Origin: a virus | Direction: 5' to 3' (one strand) | Length of the DNA stretch: 64,000 nucleotides | IMG/VR virus record: IMGVR_UViG_3300031420_000003 | Span: 128,001-192,000 of that record | Part shown: in pieces, positions 8,737 to 17,434 of the stretch | Layout: every line of letters begins with the position of its first letter | How positions within the stretch are numbered: the stretch's first letter is position 1 | Position numbers and translations under genes: made by a program | Notes under the pieces: model-generated | What the model saw: the letters and a program-made list of their open reading frames with translations, nothing else | Database searches by the model: none | What the model was told of the DNA's origin: nothing

Positions 8737-9139
8737 GTTTGGGATAAGGGAACACACCACGGCCGTAATAGTTAATCGAGCTTGGCTGGATAACGATTTC
8801 GATACCGTCTTTGACGTGGCGAAGACTTTTGACGGCGTCGGGACGCACACCCAACACTTCGTAGGTCTCGCGCAGGAACTCGTCGTCTAAGGTGACATTG
8901 CGCACTGCCGTGTAACCATCGCGATGTTTGTCATCAATCGCGGTTTGGATGTGGAGACGACCCACTTCCAGTTTGAAACCTGCCCGGCGTCCGAAAACCA
9001 TTTTGCCGGTCTTCTGGCAGTTGAATAGCAAGCGCGCGTGTTGCATGAACTTCTGACCGTTCTCCCCTTTGATTACCTCGGGGATGATTGACCATGACGT
9101 GAGGCAACGTAGCAGTTCTTGACGTTCAGTTCGAATCAT
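8732..9139 (-). CDS. hypothetical protein, paralog of 9126..9566
   Basis: HARLLF/HGRILY, GFKLEVGRLHI/GFQFFYTRKHL, IQPSSINYYG/ARPDNLVFIG. Confidence 0.7.
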   Translation of the reverse strand: MIRTERQELLRCLTSWSIIPEVIKGENGQKFMQHARLLFNCQKTGKMVFGRRAGFKLEVGRLHIQTAIDDKHRDGYTAVRNVTLDDEFLRETYEVLGVRPDAVKSLRHVKDGIEIVIQPSSINYYGRGVFPYPKR

Positions 9140-9566
9140 TCTTTGCCCTCACTGCATTAGTTATCGTCACGTAGGTACGCTTCATAGCCACTGCCCCAAT
9201 AAATACTAAGTTATCTGGCCTTGCGCGTAATTTAACGTGAGTAGGGGTTATTTCTACCACGTCGATTTTGTCGGTGGGAAGATTCGTCAAACTGAGCAAA
9301 TCTAACACCATACCCGGAGTAAGCGCCAACCCAGCCCAATGTCCCGGGAAGGCATCACGAAGATGTTTACGGGTGTAGAAGAATTGGAAACCGCCTGGAA
9401 AGCCGTAGAGGGTGTTGTGATAACCATCCAACGATCTGTTTTTCTTTGCGGTGTAAAGGATGCGCCCGTGCTTCACCAATGGAACAATGAGAGGTTCGAA
9501 ACTGGGGAACTTGCCGAACTTATCACGGAGAAGCGACTCAAAACATTCTACTGTGGTGATTTTCAT
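9126..9566 (-). CDS. hypothetical protein with phiKZ-type virion repeat-domain-like C-half
   Basis: FYTRKHL...VKLRARPDNLVFIGAV resembles FTYKRMAL...VTITALATNVAYTGSV of 27174..28259. Confidence 0.6.
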   Translation of the reverse strand: MKITTVECFESLLRDKFGKFPSFEPLIVPLVKHGRILYTAKKNRSLDGYHNTLYGFPGGFQFFYTRKHLRDAFPGHWAGLALTPGMVLDLLSLTNLPTDKIDVVEITPTHVKLRARPDNLVFIGAVAMKRTYVTITNAVRAKNDSN

Positions 9567-9568
9567 GA

Positions 9569-10021
9569 TTACTCCTTACAGGCATTAGCGATACGCACCC
9601 ACGCCGCACAGACCCCTTCCACAATCTCAGGTTCCGGGCGCAGGTTAAGTTGAAACTTCCACACTGGGTAATAGCCTTTAAAGCCACTTTCCCGCATGTG
9701 CAATAACCGGGACACGCACAGATGGATACTGTCGGCGTATTCGGTTTCCTGCCACAAACGGTAAATGCGCTCTAAGGTCTTATAACCCACTGCATCCACC
9801 ACAAGCATAACGTGGTGGGGCGTACGGGTCCGCCGTTTGCCATTCTCCACACGGATATGCCCGCCACAGCAGAGCACAGTCGCAACATGTGGTAACTGGT
9901 TAAGGCTTTCAATCACAGGCACCATGGGGGTGTCAATAACCCCACCGGTCGTTAACTGCGCTTGGGTACGGGAGGAGAAGAAAGTCAGCATCTCTTCGCT
10001 GACGGTGGTATTGGCAAACAT
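9569..10021 (-). CDS. TYW3-like protein (copy 2)
   Basis: GGVIDTPMVPVIESLNQLPHVATVLCCGGH resembles TYW3 G.vD..I...l..iN......TtSSCxGR. Confidence 0.55.
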   Translation of the reverse strand: MFANTTVSEEMLTFFSSRTQAQLTTGGVIDTPMVPVIESLNQLPHVATVLCCGGHIRVENGKRRTRTPHHVMLVVDAVGYKTLERIYRLWQETEYADSIHLCVSRLLHMRESGFKGYYPVWKFQLNLRPEPEIVEGVCAAWVRIANACKE

Positions 10022-10030
10022 TATCGGTCC

Positions 10031-10516
10031 TTATGAAAATTGTTCGATGGTTTTCTTGATGGCGGCGAGCCACTCATCGCGTAGGGATTGGTAGAAATTC
10101 AAATCGTCGGTTCGAACGATAGAATGAATACCCCATGCGTAATAGTAATCTTCGGGCAGTTCTGATGTAACCAGTTGGAAGTCACCACTGTTACCCACCC
10201 ACGGGAGCTCCAACATCTTCAGCGTTATCTGGGTGTAACATTCGATAGGGTCACCGATGAGGTTCTTCACCAGTGCATTGAGGAACGGACGACCCACCTG
10301 AGAACAAGCCAGTACGAGGTACGGCTTATTAGGCTTGGCCGGACTAGAAGCTTTGTGCCCCTCGCAAGACCAGAGTGTGGCAATGCCGGGCACGCCGTTT
10401 AAGAGCTTACAGTGTTCCGCGATGCCGGGGTCAATGATGCGCTCGGTGGCCAGCACAATGGAGGCGGCTTTCTTCATGCGCACCAGTGTTTTAGTGTCAA
10501 CGACAGCGAAGTCCAT
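10031..10516 (-). CDS. TYW3-like protein (copy 1)
   Basis: IIDPGIAEHCKLLNGVPGIATLWSCEGH; start re-called at MDFAV overlapping upstream stop. Confidence 0.6.
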   Translation of the reverse strand: MDFAVVDTKTLVRMKKAASIVLATERIIDPGIAEHCKLLNGVPGIATLWSCEGHKASSPAKPNKPYLVLACSQVGRPFLNALVKNLIGDPIECYTQITLKMLELPWVGNSGDFQLVTSELPEDYYYAWGIHSIVRTDDLNFYQSLRDEWLAAIKKTIEQFS

Positions 10517-10779
10517 TACACACCCCGCCGCAGTAACGGGAACTGACGGGTCATGGCGTTGGGGCTGTGCTGAATATCCGCAGTGCTCCACGCCTCAGAA
10601 CCGGTGTCAAGTTCGGTTGGCAGGGCCAGAACATCACCGAGGGCCACTTTGCTGTAAGCGTGATTCGGGATGTTGATGTCCCGCGTCTTTAATTCGCGTG
10701 GTTTCTCCATGACGCCTAAGCGTTCTTGGAGTTTAAGCTGTGAGCCTTTCTTGCCCACGACATTGTAACGAGTAAACAT
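10516..10779 (-). CDS. hypothetical early protein
   Basis: AGGAG RBS; first ORF after class-1 promoter motif. Confidence 0.7.
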   Translation of the reverse strand: MFTRYNVVGKKGSQLKLQERLGVMEKPRELKTRDINIPNHAYSKVALGDVLALPTELDTGSEAWSTADIQHSPNAMTRQFPLLRRGV

Positions 10780-10816
10780 GCTGACTCCTGAGAGTGAAAG
10801 GATTGGTTCGTGAAAA

Positions 10817-10833
10817 TAATATCTATCTGAAAT
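10817..10833 (-). promoter_or_regulatory. class-1 (putative early, virion-RNAP) promoter
   Basis: Minus strand ATTTCAGATAGATATTA; one of 7 intergenic copies. Confidence 0.7.
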
Positions 10834-10834
10834 G

Positions 10835-10867
10835 AAATACAGACTCCCTACCCGTTAAGGTAGGGAG
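10835..10867 (-). terminator. intrinsic terminator
   Basis: CTCCCTACC/GGTAGGGAG 9-bp stem. Confidence 0.7.
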
Positions 10868-10872
10868 CACTG

Positions 10873-11175
10873 CTAACGTGGACGACCAGCGATCAAATCG
10901 ATGCGGCCACCGGACTGCGGTTGATTATAGAAAACCGCGTAGTGCACGGGGTCAATATTGACCACTGCGCCGATATGGGGGATCAGCGAAAAGAGCTCTG
11001 TGTCGATATCAAAATGGAAACCGTTGACGCTGTTTTTGAATTCAACAACTTCCTTGTCGAAGTTCACACATTCAGCCTGCAGCCACCGTGTATCGGGGTC
11101 AGCGCCCATCGGCTGATTGAATGCTCGCGAGCACGCCATCATCCATTCGGTTGCATTATCTTCGCACTTGAGCAT
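10873..11175 (-). CDS. hypothetical protein
   Basis: 100-aa ORF coupled to upstream ORF. Confidence 0.7.
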   Translation of the reverse strand: MLKCEDNATEWMMACSRAFNQPMGADPDTRWLQAECVNFDKEVVEFKNSVNGFHFDIDTELFSLIPHIGAVVNIDPVHYAVFYNQPQSGGRIDLIAGRPR

Positions 11176-11501
11176 CAGTGTGGTTCCGGCTCAACGTGAT
11201 GCTTGCCGATGATTTTGAACGTTGCCGGGCTAGTGATTTCTGCAACCGCCCACATCCATTCACCGTTTGACGGGTCTTGCCACGACGCCACCGCACACGG
11301 GGGTTTAATCTCTGACACATCCACTTCAGGGTGGAACAGCAGGAATTCATTCTGCTGGTCGTCTTCTACGACATACTGGCCTTCTTCCATGCCGGTAACA
11401 TAACCCAGACCAACTTCGATTTCTTGACCCTGGTCGCCCGTTGAGGACAGGGTGGTATTCTTATATTTCGTGAGGTCACGATTGATAGCGCTTAACCACA
11501 T
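11175..11501 (-). CDS. hypothetical acidic protein
   Basis: 108-aa ORF, GGAGTAAT RBS. Confidence 0.75.
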   Translation of the reverse strand: MWLSAINRDLTKYKNTTLSSTGDQGQEIEVGLGYVTGMEEGQYVVEDDQQNEFLLFHPEVDVSEIKPPCAVASWQDPSNGEWMWAVAEITSPATFKIIGKHHVEPEPH

Positions 11502-11529
11502 GGGTTATTACTCCGTTTCAGTTGTTGTA

Positions 11530-11554
11530 CATAAAGAGGGCATAGAGTGTAAAA
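11530..11554 (-). promoter_or_regulatory. class-2 (putative middle/late, nvRNAP) promoter
   Basis: Minus strand TTTTACAC-N13-TATG. Confidence 0.55.
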
Positions 11555-11585
11555 AAAGAAAACCCCCTACCTTGCGGTAAGGGGT
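11551..11585 (-). terminator. intrinsic terminator
   Basis: ACCCCCTACC-ttgc-GGTAAGGGGT hairpin plus A-run on +. Confidence 0.75.
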
Positions 11586-11590
11586 CATTC

Positions 11591-12049
11591 TCAGTCGCCG
11601 TTTTCTTCTTCGCGATCGTCAAACAGAATCGATGCGATGACGTAACGGGCCAAGCGCTTGCGAGTGTTGTCGCCATCACCTGTGACATCGAGTTCGGCTA
11701 ACTGAGGCAGATAGTCCTCGATAAGCTCGTCGATGCTGGCCCGCACCGCTGCCGCTTTGTCCAGAATCTCATCCGATGGGACGACACTCTTTTCCAGAAT
11801 CAGCCTTGCATTGTACGGATCGATATCCGCAAAGGCCAGTTCGTGCAGCAGTGCAACAGCACCGGCACGCTCGTTCAGCGCCCCCACCAGAGTCTTCTCA
11901 AAACGCGACATGTGCTCGTCGTCCAGAGGTTCCCCGGTGATGACTTCGTTGTAGGTCGAGCAGAACTGCTCACCCGTGACATCCGTTTGGTCACGGAGGC
12001 CTTGGTCGAAGTCATGCTGTGGCAGCTGCTCAAGTTCGATTACTTTCAT
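11591..12049 (-). CDS. hypothetical acidic helical protein
   Basis: 152 aa, about 35 D/E versus 14 K/R by hand count; GAGG RBS. Confidence 0.75.
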   Translation of the reverse strand: MKVIELEQLPQHDFDQGLRDQTDVTGEQFCSTYNEVITGEPLDDEHMSRFEKTLVGALNERAGAVALLHELAFADIDPYNARLILEKSVVPSDEILDKAAAVRASIDELIEDYLPQLAELDVTGDGDNTRKRLARYVIASILFDDREEENGD

Positions 12050-12082
12050 GGTCTAACCTCGAACAGTTGTAGGGTCATACAA

Positions 12083-12361
12083 TTAAGCAGCGATGTTCTG
12101 CCTAATCAGCGTTTCGCCTTCTTCTTCAGCAAACTCAGAAAACTCATGAACGGCATAATCACTGAGAATTCCATCCCGATGCTTGGCCTTCGCAACAAGC
12201 TTTACCACCACACGTTCAATAGGACGCGTCATGGCTTCGGGTACCACGATATAGAGACGACGGGTTAGGGCATCAACCACACCGTGGAACACGACATCAT
12301 CACCATCTTTGACTTCGTAAATGATGTCCTTGTTTTTTGCCAAACGACGATTGATCTGCAT
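12083..12361 (-). CDS. hypothetical protein
   Basis: 92-aa ORF, AAGGAGTAAT RBS. Confidence 0.7.
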   Translation of the reverse strand: MQINRRLAKNKDIIYEVKDGDDVVFHGVVDALTRRLYIVVPEAMTRPIERVVVKLVAKAKHRDGILSDYAVHEFSEFAEEEGETLIRQNIAA

Positions 12362-12363
12362 TA

Positions 12364-13101
12364 TTACTCCTTCTCTGCTAAATGGTCTGTCAGGATGACA
12401 GTGGTGAGTGTGGGCACATACCCAATTTCTGCAGCGACACCCAGTAAGGGGTTGCCATAAGTACCTGCGACGGTGCCGTAGCCCCGCTGACCCGCAATAA
12501 AATCAAAAGCCCGGATAAGCGCATCAAACGCTGGGAATCCTTCGCCAACCATTGCCAAGAGACCTAGGGGCCCCTCAACATTTGTAACAATGAACCCACG
12601 CTCTGACCCATCACGGTAGATGTGGATGCATGCCGTACCTTCGCCGAGCATTCTTAGCACTTCGGTCTGACCTTGTTCTCGCATCAGCACTAAGAAATCC
12701 CATAACTCGTTTTCACTGAGTACAGCGTTCGTCTCAACAGAAACAGGAAACGAGGTAGAGAACCCGGTTTCTTTCGTCATGATAACCCGGCTCAATCGCC
12801 ATCCGTCTGGTTCATAGAGAGACGGTTCTCGGGTATAAAGGTGAATCTCACGTAATCCTAAATACGCCGGTAACATCGTCAAATCGGCCGGGTCATCATT
12901 AAGGGCAATGTACTGCTGTACGGTACCCACTAAAAACTCGCGGTCGATAATCATAAACATCAAACGGTTTTTGGCGATAATGAAGACACGCTTTTCAGTC
13001 TTCTGCTCAGCTGGTAGCGCAAGCCACTCGCTGACCATATCCGCATACGGGGCATCAAGGCCCTCGCCACGCAGAACCTGCTCGGTGATATCATTAATCA
13101 T
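12364..13101 (-). CDS. tandem GNAT-fold protein (degenerate)
   Basis: LPAYLGLREIHLYTREPSLYEPDGW similar to 7922 ORF; ALIRAFDFIAGQRGY...AEIGYVP GNAT-like end. Confidence 0.55.
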   Translation of the reverse strand: MINDITEQVLRGEGLDAPYADMVSEWLALPAEQKTEKRVFIIAKNRLMFMIIDREFLVGTVQQYIALNDDPADLTMLPAYLGLREIHLYTREPSLYEPDGWRLSRVIMTKETGFSTSFPVSVETNAVLSENELWDFLVLMREQGQTEVLRMLGEGTACIHIYRDGSERGFIVTNVEGPLGLLAMVGEGFPAFDALIRAFDFIAGQRGYGTVAGTYGNPLLGVAAEIGYVPTLTTVILTDHLAEKE

Positions 13102-13110
13102 CAGTCTCTC

Positions 13111-13941
13111 CTAAAAGACTGCGCCTGTCTCCCGCCCCGCTAAACCAAAGTGGAGGGTGACAACTGTAGTCTCAACATGCGGTATGGGTATTTCCACCTT
13201 GATTGCCGGAGCAAAAGAGGCAATGGCCGGTTTTCGTAACCGCTTAGCTTCACGTATAAACGCATTCATCAACAACATAAACCACTGCACGTACACGGGT
13301 GTACCTGCCGCTGCATTGATGATAACGCCTTCTGATTGAATTTCCTTTTCGCCGTTCTTAAAGAGTAGGGCACCCACGATGTCGCCAGAATCGTTGGGCA
13401 CCACAACGCCGGTAGTGTTGCCAAGGGCGAGGCCCTCAAGCAGGGACTTACCAAACTTGCCCGTCCGATTGAGCGCAATGCGTCCAAGCTCGACCGACTG
13501 CGTCAGTGTGATGTCATCCAGTTGCCAGTAGACCATGTCCACGAGAGGTGCTTGACGCCCCACCACGAACTTGACCCGTTGGCTCAGGTTAACGAGTCCC
13601 ATCTTCCTGCAATCATCGTGCCGTTCATAATCGTGCGGATTACAGGTCACATCCACAACCTCACAATCGAGGTGCTTCAGTAACATCTTCCAATTAGTAA
13701 AGGGTGTGTCGCACAAAGGTGTCACGCTGTGGATATACAAACTGGTATTATCACGGTCACAGGTGAAAATCATCTGTGCGATATTACCGCGGGTGACCAC
13801 AAGGAACACTTCGCTACTTACCAGTTTCCCAGCCAGTAAGTGTTGGACAGCCCGGTACACATTGCCTATCTGGGTAATGGCCCCGTTAAAGGTGACCTTC
13901 TCACGGTGTGTGGTTTGGTCGCGTAGATCGTAAACTCGCAT
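13111..13941 (-). CDS. tandem GNAT-fold protein (degenerate)
   Basis: SLYIHSV, NWKMLLKHLDCEVVDV (cf. FWLALLDYTGFDVLRI), GDIVGALLF, LLMNAFIREAKRL; no RxxGxG. Confidence 0.55.
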   Translation of the reverse strand: MRVYDLRDQTTHREKVTFNGAITQIGNVYRAVQHLLAGKLVSSEVFLVVTRGNIAQMIFTCDRDNTSLYIHSVTPLCDTPFTNWKMLLKHLDCEVVDVTCNPHDYERHDDCRKMGLVNLSQRVKFVVGRQAPLVDMVYWQLDDITLTQSVELGRIALNRTGKFGKSLLEGLALGNTTGVVVPNDSGDIVGALLFKNGEKEIQSEGVIINAAAGTPVYVQWFMLLMNAFIREAKRLRKPAIASFAPAIKVEIPIPHVETTVVTLHFGLAGRETGAVF

Positions 13942-13950
13942 AGGCCCCTC

Positions 13951-14772
13951 TCAGAATAGTGTTGCAATCACTTCAATCACTTTACCCCGTTTCTCTTTCT
14001 TTGCCGCCATGTGTCTCCCGACTTGTACCGTGTGAAAGGTAAAGCCGTGATAGATGTCGCGGGTCAGAACCGTATCGGAGTTCGACAGTACCACTTTAGC
14101 GCCGGCACGACTGGCGTCCATCAGCGCAGTCGCCAATGTTCGATGGTCAGCTTGGCCAAATTCGTTCTTGTGGTATTGTGCAAAGGACGAGGTCTTGCTA
14201 CTGGGTACGTAAGGCGGGTCACAATAGATGACCACCTTGCGCTTATTCTGCTGCTGTGCGAGTGCAACGGTCTGCTGAAAATCAGCACACAAGAAAGTCA
14301 CTTTGCTTTTCTTCACCTTCTCTGCAAACTCGAGAATCTCCTTCTCAGGCAGATAAGGCGGACTGGAGTGGCTACCGTACGGGACGTTATACCCCCCAGA
14401 CTTATTGTAACGGCACAGGCCGTTATATCCATGGCGATTCAAAAACAGGAACATGGCAGCCCGAACATGCGGCTCCCCATCCCGGGTGTTAAACGCAGTA
14501 CGTTGTGACATGTAATCGTCACGTCCGCCGCTGCTAAACAACAGTTTGGCCTGTTCAATTAATAAAGCCGGTTGGTTAGCGGCCACTTCCATTAACTGAA
14601 TCAGGTCGGGATTTGAATCGGCTAAAATGTATTCAGGATAGTCGGTGTTCAGAAATACCGACCCCCCTCCGACAAACGGTTCAATGAACACGTCACCTTT
14701 GGGAAGATGGTGCTTCAGCGCATCCATTACACGGGATTTACCCCCCATCCATTTTATAAACGATCGCTTCAT
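13951..14772 (-). CDS. dam: DNA adenine methyltransferase (Dam family)
   Basis: KWMGGK, FIEPFVGGGSVFLN, GYNGLCRYNKSGGYNVPYG, VIYCDPPY, VVLSNSD. Confidence 0.95.
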   Translation of the reverse strand: MKRSFIKWMGGKSRVMDALKHHLPKGDVFIEPFVGGGSVFLNTDYPEYILADSNPDLIQLMEVAANQPALLIEQAKLLFSSGGRDDYMSQRTAFNTRDGEPHVRAAMFLFLNRHGYNGLCRYNKSGGYNVPYGSHSSPPYLPEKEILEFAEKVKKSKVTFLCADFQQTVALAQQQNKRKVVIYCDPPYVPSSKTSSFAQYHKNEFGQADHRTLATALMDASRAGAKVVLSNSDTVLTRDIYHGFTFHTVQVGRHMAAKKEKRGKVIEVIATLF

Positions 14773-14851
14773 CCGAAATACCTCGTCAGACGCCCTGTAA
14801 GCTCTCCAGAGCGTCGCTCACCCTTTTATAATAGTTAGACGTACCGTTGGA

Positions 14852-15805
14852 CTACAACAGCCCCAGTATCTGTTTGGTGCGCTTCGCAGCAGCAACCTTG
14901 GTTACGTGTGGTACAGGCTTCTCAACTTCATCGCGTGTGATACCGTAAACGGACATCACCGGCTTGAACTTCAAGACGTTTGCAAAGAGATGACGAGACT
15001 CTGCGTTCTCCGCCAGCACTGTTGCGTACACCTTATCCGCCATACCCGATGCGTGTTCCAATACCGCCGCCGCCAGTTTACGACCGTGACGTTTACCGCG
15101 CAGGTCACGACGCACGCCAAGACCCCCAACCGCAATGTAACCCGGTTCGAGTTTGTGACAGTAAGCAAAGCCGATGATTTTATTCTTCAGCTCAGGCTCG
15201 CGCAGCACAAACACTTCGTAATGGTAATCACCCGTACGGTTTAGCACTTCATCCATGCCGTGGGGAATCATCTGCGAGAGACGACGCCCTAACACATCGG
15301 CGTTGATTTCATCAAGGGTGCACGCCCAGATGAGTTCGTGCAAATCCTTGACGTCTTCTTCGCTGAGCTTATAGAACGCATCGCCTGAGACGCTGTGGAT
15401 GTTTTGCGAGACCGGGAAGTCACGGTAAGGGGTAACATTGCCGACCCACATCTCTTCAACCAGCTTGAACTCGTAACCCTTAACGATTTCACCTACTGCT
15501 TCTGTCGGGGCCACAATACGCAGCACGTCAAAGCCGGTGTAGTCGAGTAGCGCTAACCAGAACGGACGGTTAATGCTGTTCGGTACGAGGTCTTCGAAAT
15601 AGCTGCACAAAAGCGAGGTCGAGCCATCGGTGTAGCTACACACCGCGTACGCCTGAGGGATACCCCCGGCGGTGACCAACGCGTAGACCCGTTGGCTTTC
15701 ATCTTTAATAAGCGCTTTAAGGCGCGTCCACAATTTGGGGTTATCAGCAAGATGTGCAAACTCTTGGGTCTTTAGCACACCAACTGACAGTCTGATAATG
15801 GGCAT
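14852..15805 (-). CDS. tandem GNAT acetyltransferase (C-terminal domain intact)
   Basis: KIIGFAYC, GLGVRRDLRGKRHGRKL acetyl-CoA motif, VLAENAESRHLF; start re-called at MPIIR after CAGGAG. Confidence 0.8.
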   Translation of the reverse strand: MPIIRLSVGVLKTQEFAHLADNPKLWTRLKALIKDESQRVYALVTAGGIPQAYAVCSYTDGSTSLLCSYFEDLVPNSINRPFWLALLDYTGFDVLRIVAPTEAVGEIVKGYEFKLVEEMWVGNVTPYRDFPVSQNIHSVSGDAFYKLSEEDVKDLHELIWACTLDEINADVLGRRLSQMIPHGMDEVLNRTGDYHYEVFVLREPELKNKIIGFAYCHKLEPGYIAVGGLGVRRDLRGKRHGRKLAAAVLEHASGMADKVYATVLAENAESRHLFANVLKFKPVMSVYGITRDEVEKPVPHVTKVAAAKRTKQILGLL

Positions 15806-15837
15806 GAAATACTCCTGAGTCGTGAATTGTCGTGATA

Positions 15838-15862
15838 CATACATTCGGGAGCTAGTGTAAAA
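15838..15862 (-). promoter_or_regulatory. class-2 promoter
   Basis: Minus strand TTTTACAC-N13-TATG. Confidence 0.55.
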
Positions 15863-15892
15863 ATAAAAGAAAAAGACCACCCGAAGGTGGCC
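15859..15892 (-). terminator. intrinsic terminator (UUCG loop)
   Basis: CCACC-cgaa-GGTGG plus A-run on +. Confidence 0.7.
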
Positions 15893-15899
15893 TTGATAC

Positions 15900-16646
15900 T
15901 CATTTACCGTGCTGCACCTTTTCTTTTAAGAACGCCTCGACATACGGCACGTTACGCTCTTCTGCAAGAAAGGCTTTAAGCGTTGGCCATTTACCGTGCT
16001 CGTAATAGCGCGTCAGGGTGAGTTGCACACCATCTTCTGGAGCGTGTCTGAAGGGCAGCAAATCGAACCGAGCTTCATGGGTAATCGTCGGGGCAGCGTT
16101 AATCGTTTCAAGCTTCCCCCTGCCCGGTACTTTAAACATCATCTTGCGGTTCACACGAACATCCCCCTCAGGGAAGACATGACGTACATGTCCCTGCCAG
16201 TAGTTCTGCCCCACTGGGAAGGTAGACAAGTAAGCTGCCGGGGTCTGTGCTTGCGCAGCACGACGCAGACAACATAACCCATGGAGTACCCGGTCAAGAC
16301 GCTTCAATGTTTCTTCGTCACAGCCAACGATTGCACGGTAAATGTCAAGATCCGTTGAGCAGTGGCGCAGGAAATACTCATTCGTTTCCATTGCCATGGT
16401 GAAGCCGAAACTCGCGGGGGTAAACCCACGAACGGTGTGGTCGATATTCGCCCCGCTCGTAGCCTTCTTGAGGATGATCCCCGTATGTGTATCGTAGATA
16501 AACACACGCGTCACCACCTTCTTCTCCACTGGACGCATCGCCACTGCAGCGAACGTGGTATTCGGTGCCCGCAGGGTTATCACCTTCACGAAGTAAGGAT
16601 TTTCCAGCAGGTCTTTGATATTACCGCCCGTAACGACATCATTCAT
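15900..16646 (-). CDS. hypothetical protein, paralog array A (3/3)
   Basis: Start re-called at MNDVV; C-terminal LTLTRYYEHGKWPTLKAFL shared with neighbours. Confidence 0.75.
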   Translation of the reverse strand: MNDVVTGGNIKDLLENPYFVKVITLRAPNTTFAAVAMRPVEKKVVTRVFIYDTHTGIILKKATSGANIDHTVRGFTPASFGFTMAMETNEYFLRHCSTDLDIYRAIVGCDEETLKRLDRVLHGLCCLRRAAQAQTPAAYLSTFPVGQNYWQGHVRHVFPEGDVRVNRKMMFKVPGRGKLETINAAPTITHEARFDLLPFRHAPEDGVQLTLTRYYEHGKWPTLKAFLAEERNVPYVEAFLKEKVQHGK

Positions 16647-16697
16647 TTTTACATCCTCAGATAAAAGAGTCGCGCTTTGCCCGGCACGCATCGGGTT

Positions 16698-16727
16698 AAA
16701 TAAAACAGGCCACCCGAAGGCGGCCTG
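16698..16727 (-). terminator. intrinsic terminator (UUCG loop)
   Basis: CAGGCCACC-cgaa-GGCGGCCTG. Confidence 0.7.
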
Positions 16728-16731
16728 CGAC

Positions 16732-17403
16732 TTACAGCTTGTAGAACGAGGCGAGAATTGCCGTGATGTCCTCTTTAGAGAGGAACTCACTGGCCTTCGA
16801 CCAGCTTACGCCAGTCGTCTTATTCTCTAACGTCAACACGTCCCCATCGTCACGGGTGAACTCGTAGACCACGCGGGTCGTGTCGAGCGCCGGTGAGTAG
16901 ACAACCTTACGCGAGAAGTTAATGGCTGTGCCTTTAACATCCCCACGCAATACGCCGACCCACTGTGGCACTGCCCACACTTCGCGGGTGTCCTTACCGG
17001 TGATGGATTGGGCACCCGATTCGACATAGGCGCGAGACAACCCGTAGAACAGCGGCGAGGCCGCAATCATCTTCTGGCTGTCCCGTGCTTTGAATGCTTC
17101 TAAGGCCGCGGGCTTATTAGCCAGCACCTTAAAGAAGTACATCCCGCGTTCGTCGCGAATGATTTGGCGAAAGGGCAACAACGTTACTTTGTCCCGAATG
17201 TTCTTCACGCGGTTGAAGACACGACTCACTGCACCGTCCGCAGACGCCACAATAAAGTGAATGTTGTCAACCGTGTCGCTGAGCAAGTGAAGCCTCTGAC
17301 CGGCCATGAAAATCTCCGGGAGTTCAGGGTGCTGCACAATACGCGACATCTTCATGAGATCATCAATCGCCATACCTTTCTTGACTAAACTAAGTGTTGC
17401 CAT
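16732..17403 (-). CDS. hypothetical protein, paralog array A (2/3)
   Basis: GGAG RBS; C-terminal LTLENKTTGVSWSKASEFL. Confidence 0.75.
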   Translation of the reverse strand: MATLSLVKKGMAIDDLMKMSRIVQHPELPEIFMAGQRLHLLSDTVDNIHFIVASADGAVSRVFNRVKNIRDKVTLLPFRQIIRDERGMYFFKVLANKPAALEAFKARDSQKMIAASPLFYGLSRAYVESGAQSITGKDTREVWAVPQWVGVLRGDVKGTAINFSRKVVYSPALDTTRVVYEFTRDDGDVLTLENKTTGVSWSKASEFLSKEDITAILASFYKL

Positions 17404-17434
17404 GTTCGTTCTCCATACAGGGTTAGGTCACGCT

